Shown here: positions 25,301 through 38,455 of the stretch, piece after piece
Numbering within the stretch: the stretch's first letter is position 1
Layout: every line of letters starts with the position of its first letter
From: Eledone cirrhosa
Lineage: Eukaryota
Direction of reading: 5' to 3'
Length of the DNA: 64,000 bases
Assembly: GCA_964016885.1 (NCBI GenBank)
Contig: OZ024751.1
Coordinates: 52,080,001-52,144,000, forward strand
Translations under genes and position numbers: made by a program
The notes under the pieces: generated by a model
What the model saw: the letters and a program-made list of their open reading frames with translations, nothing else
Told to the model about the DNA's origin: nothing
The model's database searches: none

Positions 25301-28300
25301 TCAGAGAATAACAGTCAAATGTAATTATGGAAAACCATTAATTCATCACAGTGTCATTTCATGTCCTTTGCAAAACATTATATGGGTGTTGTCTCATGGT
25401 CTCGGTGGACAGAACTGAGAATGCATTGTCAAAGAGGATAGCACAGGTGAGACACTGAGAAAGTCAATCCATATTGCAGGCCACGTTCTTGTGGATGGTC
25501 GTTTCCATCCAGATTTGTGGACTTCATTAAATGGTTCTTTGAAAATCTAAAGACGCTATTGTTAAACCAGACTCTACCCTGGGGGTATTAATGACTTTTA
25601 AGACTAGAATAAAATAGATGGAAACTGGTGTTGTTGATGGTGGTAGTGGTGAGGGTGGAGATGGTATCCGTGGTAGGCAGCTAAAACAACAGCAGCAGCT
25701 GCTAATATTAAAGCCTCCTTACAGTAGAAAATGTTCTTCTGAAGAGATTTGTAGGATTAATGTAATCTCATAGAACTAAGCTGATCTCTTTTATATATGC
25801 ATATGTGTGTGTATATAAACTAGTTTAGAATTTTGATTCCATCTTTCTATTTGCTTATACACACACACTCACATATATGTGCATATACATACACATATAT
25901 ATGCATCTCTCTCTCCCTATATATATATATAATTAGCAGTTGAGTACTGAAGTTTTCTGGTCTTAGCTGTGTAGTTGGCACATCTTAGTTCAAATTATTT
26001 GTTCTTTATCTAATTAATTTATCAAGGGCCCAAGTAAAAATGTCTAAAATAATTTGCATATTTTTAAGGGTATATCATTTTATTAACATCTTGGGGGATG
26101 GGGGGGTCCTTACAAGTTCTTTCTCTTTCTATCAGCCCCTCCCTCCCTGTCTCTGTTTCTCTCTCCCTCATTTCTAAATAAATTGCATGTTTTTTTTAGA
26201 ATATATCATTTTATTAACATGGGGGATGGGAGTCAGTACAAGTTCTTTCTTTCTTCCTATCACTCCCTCTCTTTTACTCCCTCTCTCTTTATATATATAT
26301 ATATATATATATATCCCATTTTCTCTGGCTTTTATGTAATTTTCCATGATATCAAGTTGAATGGTTCTACAAATTTGGATATGTGTAATGTTGCAGCCAG
26401 TTGCTGACAGCTGATTGTGCTTCCCTGTTGTCTCTCTCCTCCCTCCCCTCTCTCTCTCCTCCCTCCCCTCTCTCTCTCTTCCTCCTGCCACTGCTGATGC
26501 TGCTCTATTGCTTTCACTGTGTATCTTTCTCTCACATCAACACTCACTCAGTGCATCTCTATCCCCCCCCCCCTCTCAATATGACCCACCCAATATGTAT
26601 GTCTATCTTTCTCTCCTCATCTCTCAAATTTTTCATTTGGAAACTTTGCCTAATGTTTTCTTCCACAGAACTGTCACCCCCTACTGGCTGTAACCAGCCA
26701 CCAGATGCTACCTCCTCTGCAGTCCCTTACCTGCTACCTCATGTAACCCACCACAAACCCCCAGATGCCACCCCTCTGCAATCCCCTGTAACCAACCACC
26801 AGATGCTACCTCCTGTAACCAACCATCAACCCTCTGGAGCCAGCCACCTTCTCTGCAATCCCTACATTCAACTCCATGTTTTTCCACTGTAGCCATCCAC
26901 CAACCACCAACCAGGAGATGAATTGGCAAAGTCAGAATCTTGGATAGAATGGTTTGCAGAATTTTTCTGGCTCTCTGCATTCTGAAGTCAACTTGGCCTT
27001 TTATACTCCCAGTATTTGGATTGTTTCTTCCTCTATATCTCTTTCTCATTTCCTTTCTGTCCTCTGGAAGAAATTGGCTGTGTTCAGACCTGGAGAGAAG
27101 ACAGGCTGCACCAAGTTTAAAATACCCAAGAAACACTATATGAGATTATGGCACCCAAGTAACTGGTTACTAGTTCATACATGCAACCACTGACCTAGGC
27201 AAATCAGTCTAAACACTAACTGTACAAACCACAATCCTCTGACTCGGACAAATCTATGGATGCTGGGCCTTCTCTGTCACCCTTCTTCCTTTCATTAAAT
27301 AATTTTGAGAAAATAATTCTTAATATCTGAAATATATTTATTTCAGAGTTATACTTGTTTGGCAAGAGACATGATTTAAGACCGTATATTGAAACTGAAG
27401 CAATCACATCATAGAAGAGCCATTTTAACCATTTTAGAAATACACACAAACACTTTTATACACACTTTTCACTTATCATTTATTTCGTGGTGTCAGTATT
27501 TTTGTTGTCTCTGTGGTGGTGGATTGGCAGAATTGGTAGAGCATCGGATAAAATGCCATTGCGGTATTTGTTCTGGCTCTTTACCTTCTGAGTTCAAATC
27601 CCGCCAAAGTCATCTTTGCCTTTCATCCTTTTGGTATCGATAAAGTACCAGTTAAGCACTGGGGCTTTGTGCCTAAATTAGAAATCAATATTTTTGTCAC
27701 ACCCTCTGACACAGTTCCACTGTAACTAGAATTGTGTCAATGACTAGGTTGCAAAGAGTCCAATGAAAATGTTTAGACCACAAAATGTGAGATAAATGTA
27801 AAGTAAATATAAAAGTTTCTCTGTGTGTGTGTTTTGAATAGCTAAAATGACTCTTCCCTGGTGTTATTGCTTAAGAAATATTTCTTCTAAATGAAAACAA
27901 GTAGGAAATATGAACAGTTTTATGTTACTAAATAAACTGAAATAGTTGCATGGAAATTCCTGAGAATAATGTAATATAGACTTTGGTTAGTTAGTTGTTT
28001 TAACCCTTTTGATACCAACTCACCTGAGACTCCTCCTGATTGTATGATACAAAAATCTGTTTTAAAGTGTTTATACTTATATTAAAACCTTCCAGAATGA
28101 TTTTATCTGTGAACTTTTTTTTTAAATTGTGTTTCACAAACCAACTAAACAATGATTAGTTATTTTTATTAAATACTTCAAAATTTTCTATTATTTCCTA
28201 AATTAACTGAAAACGTAGGCAGTGTATTTCATTAGAAATATGGTAATGATATGGTAATGTCTGATACTAATGAATCCTCTTAGTGGTGCTTATGCTTTAA

Positions 28301-28486
28301 GTGGGGGTGAGTGTTTAAAACCCGGCTCCAATATTCCTTTGTGGGACAGCAATCCTAAAGATTAACTTTGAATGACATGGGGATGGCACAGTGCCACCAA
28401 AATCCTATAATTAACAGGTTGTGTGTCAGAGCTGATAGAAGAATGTTATCATCGACAACTTTCTCAGACTTGTAATATTTCCAACA

Positions 28487-28519
<33 letters not shown>

Positions 28520-28929
28520 CTAAACAGATTTAAAATATTTTGAGCATATTTGAAGATTTTCTAATACATATCTACAACGATACATTAGAAAAATACTATT
28601 TAGATTATTTTACATCAAGAAGAAACAGTAATATTCATTCTACCATGAATCATATTCAGAAGAGAATGTCTGATCCTCTTTCCATTCTTGGAGTGGAACA
28701 CACTTTCATATATGTAAACAAACCATCAGTGTCGAGTGTGTTGAAATTCTTAGGAAATGTAGAAAATCTTAAACACAGAAAATAACAATCGAATACTATA
28801 AATAATAGCTTAGAAAATTGAGTAAAATACCCCTAGAGGTGGCAAATAGGATTATGTGAAGAAGCATGGCTTAGGGGTTAGAGCCTTGGGCTTGCAATCG
28901 TGAGGTTGTGAGTTTGATTCTTGGACCAG

Positions 28930-29225
28930 GTTTGTTAATTCAAATATTTATAGTATCCTTACTAGTGAACAGATCAGTGTAAAAATTTGCAGTTAATCTC
29001 TTAACATCTTGTAATGTTAGCAAAAAAGTATCTTAAAATGGTTTTGGTAATTCAAATATTTATAGTATCTTTACTAGTAGATCGTTATAAAAATTTGCAG
29101 TTTAACCTCTCTACATCCTGTTGTAATGATTTAGCAGAAAATATCTAAAAATAGGTTTGGTAATTCAAATGTTTATAGTGGACAGAACAGTGTGAAAATA
29201 TGCAGTATTTTTCTCTTAACATTTT
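28930..29225 (+). repeat. Tandem triplication, ~113-bp unit
   Basis: TAATTCAAATATTTATAGT...AAAATTTGCAGT recurs three times. Confidence 0.8.
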
Positions 29226-29783
29226 GGTTATATTTCATCCACTGCAAGATATATTTATACCAAACTGATTTTTCAATGTTTGTTGTTGTTTAGCTCATGC
29301 TCAGTTTTGATCAAGCAAACATATGATCAAAGGCATTCCTGTTGTAACCATCCTGTTTTTTTTTAAAGTTTATCTTGATACATCCTTCCCCTCCTCTCTC
29401 CCTCCCTTTCTCTCCTTATTCCCCAACCTTTTTCTGGCCAAAGTAATTTTCAGCCTTCTATCTAACTTTTCTTACATTTGATCTCAAGTGTTTTTTTTTT
29501 GTCTCTCTGCACATTTTTCTTATCTCTTTAAAAAAAAATCTCTTCTATCTGTTTCTCTTTACAACGAAGGACTATCATCCAAAACGTTTGGTCATTTTTT
29601 TTTAAGTGTTATCGTAATATATTGTTGTAATGTGTTGTTCTCTGGTGCTGTTCTTCAATATTTATTTTACTTGTGTTATATATATATATATGAGTGAGAG
29701 AGAAAGAGTTTATAAAGAATTAAAGAATAAAGTTTCATGCTTGCTCAGTCTATCAGCCTGATAATACCTGACTGATAGATTAA

Positions 29784-29988
29784 CCCTTTAGCATTTAAAC
29801 CGGCTGCATCTGGCCAGAATTCTCTCACCTCTTTCTGTTCAAACTGGCTGTAACCAGTCGCTCATACTGATGTTAAGGTATTGTTCTCAAAATAAATAAT
29901 ATCAAAATATAGATTTAATATTATGTGAGATAAAGCCTTTACTTTGAAAATATAATAGTAAATATAGAGTAATGTAAATGCTAAAAAG
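29784..29988 (+). mobile_element. piggyBac-type MITE, family 1
   Basis: TTAA flanks on both sides, CCCTTTAGCATTTA terminal repeat. Confidence 0.85.
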
Positions 29989-30150
29989 TTAAGCAATTGT
30001 GAAACTTAAAGTAACAGCATAAGATATCAGCTGAATAAATATAAATAAATGTGTTTATATATATATATAAATATTATATATAGAGTTATAAACTCAAATA
30101 GTCTTTCACAATTAAATAGCTCAAAGAAAGGGATACTTCTGAGCCGTGTA

Positions 30151-30313
30151 ATACAAATGAATATATGATAGGGATAAACACTAATACAAGTATATAAGTG
30201 TTTGTATTGCAAATGACCAAGTTAGCTAGATTGAAAAATCTAGCTAACTTGGTCATTTGCAATACAAACACTTATATACTTGTATTAGTGTTTATCCTTA
30301 TCATATATTCATT

Positions 30314-30318
<5 letters not shown>
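30151..30318. repeat. Palindrome, 82-bp arms with GAAA loop
   Basis: ...GTTAGCTAGATT gaaa AATCTAGCTAAC...; one mismatch (G.U in the + strand RNA); right end runs into (TA)n. Confidence 0.95.
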
Positions 30319-30349
<31 letters not shown>

Positions 30350-30537
30350 TATAACACATGCACATACATACTGTATATACTTGTACATAACTCACACCCT
30401 TATTTTAATGGGAAAAGGTGTGACTTATACACAAGTATATGCAGTGTGTATATACATACAAAATTATATATATAAATGTATATTTATTGTTTATTAATAA
30501 TTTCTTAATTAAGCTTGTTGCTTCTATTATTTTACAG

Positions 30538-30688
30538 ACTTTTCGACCCAAGAAACGGTTTGAACCTGGCACCATGAAGTACGAGCTTCACAAGCAAGCC
30601 AATGCTTCACTGAATGCTGGCATCGATCTAAAAGAGGTTGTACGTTTACCACAAAATGAAGATATAAATGACTGGATTGCTGTACACG
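30538..30688 (+). CDS. MOB3: MOB3 coding exon (TFRPKK...DWIAVH)
   Basis: ttttacag|ACT...CACG|gtatgt; 151 nt, phase 0 to 1. Confidence 0.96.
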
Positions 30689-33600
30689 GTATGTCTGTTG
30701 TCTTTCAGTATTTTATTTAACCCTTTAGTTACCTGAGCAAGATGTTTAAATAATATCCATGAACTTGGCTGGTCTCGCTTGGGGGATCCAGCCGGATCAG
30801 TTGGAGATAGTTGCTTCTGACAGGACCTGCTGGAAGGAGTGTTTGAGGACTCTGCCCCCATAACCCTCTTGGGAATAATTGGCGGAAGAAGAGTTACCAA
30901 CCTGGCAAAAGCTGGCTCTAGTTATATGAAATAAAATCACCCATTTTAAAGGTTTCCAACATAATTTTATATAAGGACTTTACATTAAGTTACAATCTTA
31001 GTAATGAAATAATTAATAATCTTCAGTAAAACCCTCAAAATTCTTCATTAATTAATTAAAATAGTGTGTATTTCATTACACACTATTTGCAGTGATGAAA
31101 GTGTTAAGGGTGGTGGATTGGCAGAATTGGTAGTGTTGGATGAAATTCCATTGTAGTGTTTGCTCAGACTATTTATTTACATTTTGAGTTCAAATTCTGC
31201 CAAGGTCAACATTGCCTTTCATCATTTTTACCTTCTGGGTTAGAGGAAATAAAGTGCCAGTCAAATACTGGGGTTGATGTAATCTTCTCTGCCTGTCCCC
31301 CAAATTTGCTGGCTTTGGTCTCTGCATTAACTGTGTTAATAGTAACTAAAATGTATCACACATACACACATTCATAATAATGTAACAACATATGCACAAC
31401 ATAAACAAATTAAAAACAAACAAACAATGCTAAACAGAAGGAAAACTCTGCTTAAATCTTGTGAATCAATAATCCATCAAATGTTTCCATGGATTGGATT
31501 AAGAGAAGTTAATGGTTGTAAAAGATAAAGGTTGACTTTCTGGGTGAAATAATCTCTAAATCAGATTACACTGTTTTCAGAAATAAGGTAGACACTAATA
31601 TATACCTATCATCATCATTACCATCATCATCATCAGCTTGGGTTGTATGGGTCTTTTCCAAAGCATTGTCTTGCCATGTTACACTCCTTTCTCATCACCT
31701 TTATGAAGTTCAACACCCTAAGATCAAGTCTTTCTCTACCAGAGTGTTGGTGCCACAAAAAAAAGGTATCCTGTACTTTGTCAGGTGGAAGTTGTGGTAC
31801 CATGAGAAAATAAATGTGGTACACATCGTGAAGTAGTTGGCGTTAGGAACCATGCCAAAATTGAATATATGAGCAAGAAATAATCATCAGATCTGTCTAG
31901 CCTCAGAATGTGACGGTCCTCTAACCCAAGCAAGCATGGAAAACAGTTGTAAAGCAGCGATGAGCATTGATGATGATACTGAAGAATGTTTATCTCACAA
32001 GTTAGACTATGTAGTGGCTGCATTGTATTGTGGCAGCAGCACTAGAAGGGCTGCTTTTTCCCCTTCCAGGCTAAACAGTATTCTCCAATTTGTGTAGTCC
32101 CCATTCTCTCAAGGATACATGTGCCCAAGTGGGTTTCTTAAAGTATTTCCTCTTTTCTCTTTACAGTGGTTGACTTCTTCAATCGTATTAACTTATTATA
32201 CGGCACTATATGTGAACATTGCACTGAAAAGACATGTCCCACGATGTCTGGAGGACCAAAGTAAGGCGCTATTATTTTTCATTTTTTTAAAATTTCTACT
32301 GTTGTTGTTTAGCCCTGGGTCAACTCCGATTGAGCAGGAATATGATCAACAGTCATTATACTGTGATCATCCCGACTTATTTAAAGTATAATGACTTGGT
32401 ATAATTGCTGTTGTTATCTGGCATATATCTGAAGATGGCAGTAGTGGATTGGCAGACTTGGTGGGATGTCAGATAAAATGGTCTGCAGCATTGTATTCTG
32501 GCTCTTGATGTTCTGAGTTCAAATCCTGCCAAGGTTAACTTTGTCTTTCAACTTTCCAGGGTTGATAAAATAAAGTACCAGTCAAATACTGGGGTCAAAT
32601 TAATCATTTTCCCCTTTCCTCCAAATTGATGGCCTTGTGCCTAAATTAGAAACCATTACCTTGCATATTTCTTCTCTCTTTTTCCCCTGCCTCTCCTGTC
32701 ACTCTCTCTTGCCTTCTCTTTCATGCTCCTCTACCCCCTTCTCTCTTCCTCTTCCCTCACTCTTGGTTGTTTATTAGATAAATTGATGTCATCACTTCAT
32801 CTGGTAACATTGATCTACTTCTCACTTTCCTCTTTAGGTATGAGTACCATTGGTGTGATGGAGTTAACTACAAGAAACCAACTGCCCTACCAGCTCCAGT
32901 CTACATATCATTACTAATGGACTGGGTGGAAAGTCAGATCAATGAGGAAACCATATTCCCTGTCACTGTCGGTAAGTCAAACCCTCTCTCTCCATACCTC
33001 ATCATATACTCTAATGCTCTCTTTCAGCAAGGCTACCTTTGCATGCCCCATGACGTGCTTAACCATTCTCATCATGGAGCCCTTTTTGAGGCAACATTTT
33101 ATGGCTAGATGTTTTTGTTAGCGTCAACTTTTTTAGTTGCCTCTTATAACTAGCAGGGATAAGGTGTACTTAATCTAAAAATATGAGATGCATTCAAAAA
33201 GTGTTCGACTTTATTTTCCCCGCCAAAACTAATGTCACATGGGCAAAATCCTTTGATTAGGAGGTGACGGCACCTTTCTTGTGCCTGTGTGAACATTTTC
33301 GTGCCAGTAGGCCGTGTCAATTTTGGCACTGTGTGATTTTTGGCTCTTCCCCAATCTGAAAATTATGCTGAAAGGGAAGCGAATTGAGTTGCAAGAGGAA
33401 ATTATGAGAAAAGCGACAGCGGAGCTCCATAGCATTCCAGAGATGTTATCAGCAATGGCAGAATCACTGGGAGAAGTGTGAACTCTCAAGCAGAATATTG
33501 TGAAGGTGATTGAATAAAATTTTTGAAATGTACAAAATTGTTTTTTTTTTATGTCGGATATTTTTTGAACACATCTCATACAGAGCAAACACATCTCCTA

Positions 33601-35765
33601 CAAATATACATTTAGACAGTGCTGTGATAGAATTAACACTTTATTTAATGATTACTTCCTATTCGTGCATATTTTATCTATCTCCTATCTGAAGCATCTT
33701 TCAGAGTTTTCAAGATAAAAATCTTCAATATTAAATTATACTGCCTTGTAAGGGACATAACTTTCCTTCTTGCAAGGTACATAACTTTTCTTCTGTGTAA
33801 GTTCCATAACTGACGAAACTGAACAAAATATCGACACCATTATCTAAGGCCTGATAACGTCCCTTGTTAACCCATGCAAAGGACGCTTCACTTAAGAGGT
33901 CAAAGAAAGAGACCTACAAAGCTTAGTTTGAAAATAAGTCCTTCTCTTGTCATTTACGGTACAAGCAGGCCCGAAAAGTTGCAACAGAGACAGTAAAGGC
34001 ATCCAAAGTTAAGACACGGGAGGACTTTAGGGTTAAGCTGGAATCCAACTTCAGATCAGCAAATTAGTGTTCTGGCAGACCATCTGCCGACTCTGTAATA
34101 AGAAGTCCTCCGCCATACCTACTATCGGGAATGCATCTGGGGTTCTCCTCTCTTAGTGTCCATGTTTTGGTACCAAACATAGTTAGATGTATTTATGTGT
34201 TTGTGTTTCACCATTGTGCACCTACAATTCTGTCAGGAGTTAGATACATGCATACATATAATTTGCAGTGTGGCTGATCTTTTTCTTTTATTCTTTACAT
34301 ATAATTTTCTGTAATCAATATACTTCTCATTTCAGGAGTGCCTTTTCCGAGAAATTATCTTCAAATAGTAAAAAAGATTATGACCAGACTATTCCGGGTG
34401 TTTGTTCATGTGTACATTCATCATTTCGACAAACTTATTGGTATTGGTGCTGTAAGTAACATTTCTCTCCACCGTCACCACATACACTCACTTTCTCTCT
34501 CATGTATTGAGAAGGACTTTCATCCATTCCAGGTCAATAAAAAAAGTAGCAGTCTAGTACTGGGGTCAATTCTTTCTTTATTATCTCATTCTCACTTCTG
34601 TCCTCTCACTCTATATGGAAGAAATCTGCTGTATTCAGACCTGGAGAAGAGATGGGCTCCGCCGGGTTTTAAAAAATACTCTAGAAACACTGTTTGTCGA
34701 TACGGCGCCCCTACGATTCCATCAGACGTTATAGAGCCATGCATGCAAATGTTGTCTTTCAGGTAAGGGAGACAACTCTGAATATTTTCCGTGGTCTGGC
34801 AATATCTTTCAATGATTGCCAAATTTAAAACTAAATATTAACTATTATTTTCTTGTTTTTTCTTGACTTTGTTACTATTGTGAAAGTCTTTATCTCAAAG
34901 ATAAATTAGATGTAACTACCATTATTATTATTATAATTATTTCATCCTTATGGGGTCGATAAAATAAAACACAGTAACACACTGGGGTCGACTTTCCCCT
35001 CCCTCAAATTGCTGTCCTATAGCAGAAATCATCATTATTATTATGGTTAACTCATGTTTACCTGTTGTTTTTCAGGAGGCTCATGGAAACACATGTTATA
35101 AACATTTCTACTATTTTGTAACAGAGCATAACTTGATAGACAAGAGAGAGTTACAGCCTTTGGTAAGTGATTTAACCATCTATAGAAAGTATAATTTGAA
35201 AAAGGCATCTAAAATGGTTAGTCTCAACCAGAGCATCTAGCTATCAAATACTGCTTCAAAAAGTGCTGTCTAAGACAGCCAATGTGGCCATCAAACACTG
35301 CTTTAACCCTTCAGGATTTAAACCGGCTGTAATCGGCTGCTCATACCTATTTTAAGGTATTGTTCTCAAAATAAATAATAACAAAATCTTATAGATTCGA
35401 TATTATGTGAGGTAAAGCCATTACTATGAAAATGTAGTATATATAATGTAAATGCTAAAGGGTTAAAAAGTGCTATCTAATACATGCCGACATGAAGAAA
35501 CAGACATGAAACCGAAGAAAGAATAACAATATATATAACTTTGTCAATATTAAATTGTTTGTAATATAAGTTAAGATATTATTTAATCTGTTTGTGACAG
35601 AATTACTGAAGTCTCACTTCTAATCTCTTTTCCTCTTTGATAATGTTAATTTTTCTCTGTTACTGCCAGTAGAAACATGACCATCCACCCTCTCTTCTAA
35701 AATTACATAATCATCTTTTTTTATTTTTGCAGAAGGAGATGTCCGAAAGAATCTGCAACTTGTAA
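30538..35765 (+). CDS. MOB3: MOB kinase activator 3 (Mob1/phocein family), six coding exons; N-terminal exon (~14 aa) not found
   Basis: Exons 30538-30688, 32167-32260, 32838-32971, 34336-34451, 35076-35162 and 35733-35765 have canonical AG/GT boundaries and matching phases (615 nt including stop). Product: [226 protein letters not shown] and [11 protein letters not shown] are MOB3-type rather than MOB1-type (from recalled sequences). The C2H2 zinc ligands (CTEKTC, HVYIHH) are intact. Confidence 0.96.
32167..32260 (+). CDS. MOB3: MOB3 coding exon (VVDFFNR...MSGGPK)
   Basis: ctttacag|TGGTT...CCAAA|gtaagg; 94 nt, phase 1 to 2. Confidence 0.96.
32838..32971 (+). CDS. MOB3: MOB3 coding exon (YEYHW...IFPVTV)
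   Basis: tctttag|GTATGAG...GTCG|gtaagt; 134 nt, phase 2 to 1. Confidence 0.96.
33184..33578 (+). mobile_element. Internally deleted mariner element in a MOB3 intron
   Basis: TA|TGAGATGCATTCAAAAA ... TTTTTGAACACATCTCA|TA; internal [22 protein letters not shown] matches the mariner (SPD)LAPCDFWLFPKLK motif. Confidence 0.9.
33895..34110 (+). mobile_element. RTE-like LINE linker fragment in a MOB3 intron
   Basis: KKETYKA*...[39 protein letters not shown]. Confidence 0.65.
34336..34451 (+). CDS. MOB3: MOB3 coding exon (GVPFP...IGIGA)
   Basis: atttcag|GAGTG...GGTGCT|gtaagt; 116 nt, phase 1 to 0. Confidence 0.96.
35076..35162 (+). CDS. MOB3: MOB3 coding exon (EAHGNTC...ELQPL)
   Basis: ttttcag|GAGGCT...CCTTTG|gtaagt; 87 nt, phase 0 to 0. 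Confidence 0.96.
35307..35462 (+). mobile_element. piggyBac-type MITE, family 1 (internally deleted), in last MOB3 intron
   Basis: TTAA|CCCTT ... GCTAAAGGG|TTAA. Confidence 0.85.
35733..35765 (+). CDS. MOB3: MOB3 terminal coding exon ([10 protein letters not shown])
   Basis: tttttgcag|AAGGAGATG...TTGTAA; matches the KEMT.R.C C-terminus of MOB3 proteins. Confidence 0.93.
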   Translation, partial: KEMSERICNL

Positions 35766-37974
35766 ACCAGTGAATATAAACACACACACACACACACACA
35801 CACACATGCGCACAAACGATTCTGGCAGCCGTGGTGTAGCAGTAGAAATCAATATGTACTTTGGAACGCTATTTTCAAGCTAACACAACTCTCTGGCTCA
35901 TCATCATTTATACTTTCAATAAAAACCAATGCCAAAACATGCTCCTTTTCCCATATATACACACAGTTGGTTTAACTTTTATTTCTCCCCATATTTTTTC
36001 TCCTTTTCCTCTATCTTTTTATCAACACCCAACCTACTCCAACCCCTTAATACTTTAATCTAATTTGCCATTTAATGAAATATAAAGAATCTCCTATATT
36101 CTATGTTGAACTATATTCTCTAAAACCAGCGCTCAAACAACAACTATAGCAACACAGACATAAAAATTGTGTCTCAGATTTGTTTAACATTTAAAAAAAA
36201 AACATTATTTTGATTCACCCTTTGACCTGTCACTACCAAATAGACACAACATCAATTATTGACATTAAAGAAAAGTACAGGATACAGGTAACTCTGGGCA
36301 GGACAGAACTATCATCTTTTTGTTCTGGGTTTAAACTTTTTGATACCATATTTCTTACGAAACACACTGCATATGATTTTCAGATAATTTTGAAAATAAT
36401 CAATTTGGAGGGATTTAGTAAAATAATTAACTTTCTTAGTATTAAGTTTATATTTAGAGTATAGCTTAAGAAAAATTCTTAGATAAAATTATAATGAAAT
36501 GTTGATGTATTTTTGGCAATATTACGACAACAGGACATTCCCCAAATATAACAATATAATGGAATGGTTTTAGATGAATATAACAAATATTTTAAAGCAA
36601 ACAATTACAAACAATTTTAGGTGTGGGTGTCCCAAATGCAGAAAATAAATTGTAATAACAGTTGATCACTAAAGATAATAGTTGAGAAAATTAAGTAAAT
36701 TACATTTAGAGATAGATATAGGTACCTTTCTCCCCTTTTTTCTTTCTCTAAGGATAATATTCCTAATTTTGTCAACGACTAACTATAGTGATCGATTGTT
36801 ATTAGTTATTTTCTGTTTGGGACGCTCACATTTTCAAAATTCAAAGAATGTTAAATTGTAGAACCAGGAGTGGTTTGGTATTAAAACGGTTAAATCTAAA
36901 CTAGGTCAACTTTTTAAAAATCTTTCTGGGGTCTCCATAAAATTAGTAATGGAGTAATGTGGGAATTCAGTTTACAGAGAAGCTCCTCTATGTGGTTACT
37001 CGACTTGCTAGAAATAGCTGCCAAATCCCCTTCAAATCAACACCACACACACACTTAGATTATCATCTTAAGTAAGAAGAAATACATTTGATAATGCTAT
37101 GTTGGATAGTCTTAAAAAGACAGCGTGGTCATGATTGAAATATTTTCATCATAGGTCTGCTCAATTAGAGATGACCAGTGGCTAAACAACAACAATAATG
37201 AGAACAAAAAGGTTATTGGTGGTACTCTGCGGGAAATGTGGGGTCTTACGATAGACCAATATTAGGATATTTATTATGATGGAAAGAAAGGAAGGGAGAG
37301 GGTTAGGGTGATTTTAAAAAATGGTGTAAAAATAGCAATTTATACATATGTCAGTGATTTTATATATTTCATGTAAATATGAACATTATATATATTTGTT
37401 TTTATGTGCTTTTTTTTTATTTTACTGGTTTCAATCATTGGACTGTGGTCATACTGGAGCACTGCATTTAGGGGATTTAATCCATTATATTTACCCCAGT
37501 ACTATGTTGTATGTGTGTTTATATATGTATATATAAACACATAAATACATACATATATGTATGTATTTATGTGTGTTTGTGTGATGGACTTCTTCAGTTT
37601 CTGTCAATGAAAGTTCACTGGCAAGGTATTGTTTGGTCAAGGCAAGGTTATGTTAGAAGACACTTGTCAAAAGTGCCCTGTAGTGGGATTGAACCTAAAA
37701 TCCCATGGTTGCGAAATTAACACAAACATACCTGCATCCATTTAAAGGTTAATAGAATAAACTAAGAAAACAAACAGCAGCAAGCATCAGGTAGGTCTTG
37801 AGCAGTTGTGTGTGTATATATATATATATATAGTGTGTGTATATATATAACAACACACTCATTTTATATCCATTTTTCCCATGCTGGCATGGGTTAGATA
37901 AATACATACATATATTTGTATATATATATATATACATATATTGAAAAATGTGTGAGATGCTTGGTACAGTTAGG

Positions 37975-38137
37975 TATATTTGAAACAAAGGAAAAGAATG
38001 ACTTCACTTGTGTTAAAAAATTTTTGATTTAATTTTATAATATAATATTATGAGTTGGTAAACTCATAATATAAAATTAAATCAAAAATGTTTTAACACT
38101 ACAAGTGAAATCATTCTTTTTCTTTTTTTCAAATATA
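37975..38137. repeat. Imperfect palindrome, ~80-bp arms
   Basis: Centre ATTATGAGTT ggta AACTCATAAT; outer arms TATATTTGAAA.../...TTTCAAATATA. Confidence 0.9.
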
Positions 38138-38455
38138 TACATATATATACACACATACTGGTGCATGTATATATGTGTGTGTTTGTATATACATATATGT
38201 ATTTAGTTAGCTGTGTGTATGTTTAAAGAAAGAAATTACAAAGAAAAAGAGACCCCAATACCTAAGTAAAAGTAAATACTTTACTACTATGTTGCTGATT
38301 ATAATTTAGCTTGGCATTTTGTTACTTCATATTTTAATATCAATTTTCAGTTTCCCTCTATTGGAAATCAGTAATTGTAAAAAATTGGATAAATTTCCAT
38401 TGCTTGTTCAAGTATTTCAGTTAAGTGCATTTGTCAAGTTCTATTTTATACTATA

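Noticed and set aside
27762-27792. ATG AAA ATG TTT AGA CCA CAA AAT|gtgaga as the missing MOB3 first exon
   Set aside because: The phase fits, but MKMFRPQN does not resemble known MOB3 N-termini; unsupported without cDNA.
28540-28785. 81-aa AT-rich ORF next to (TA)n
   Set aside because: No ATG at the annotated start, no motif; possibly a retroelement scrap, but it cannot be assigned.
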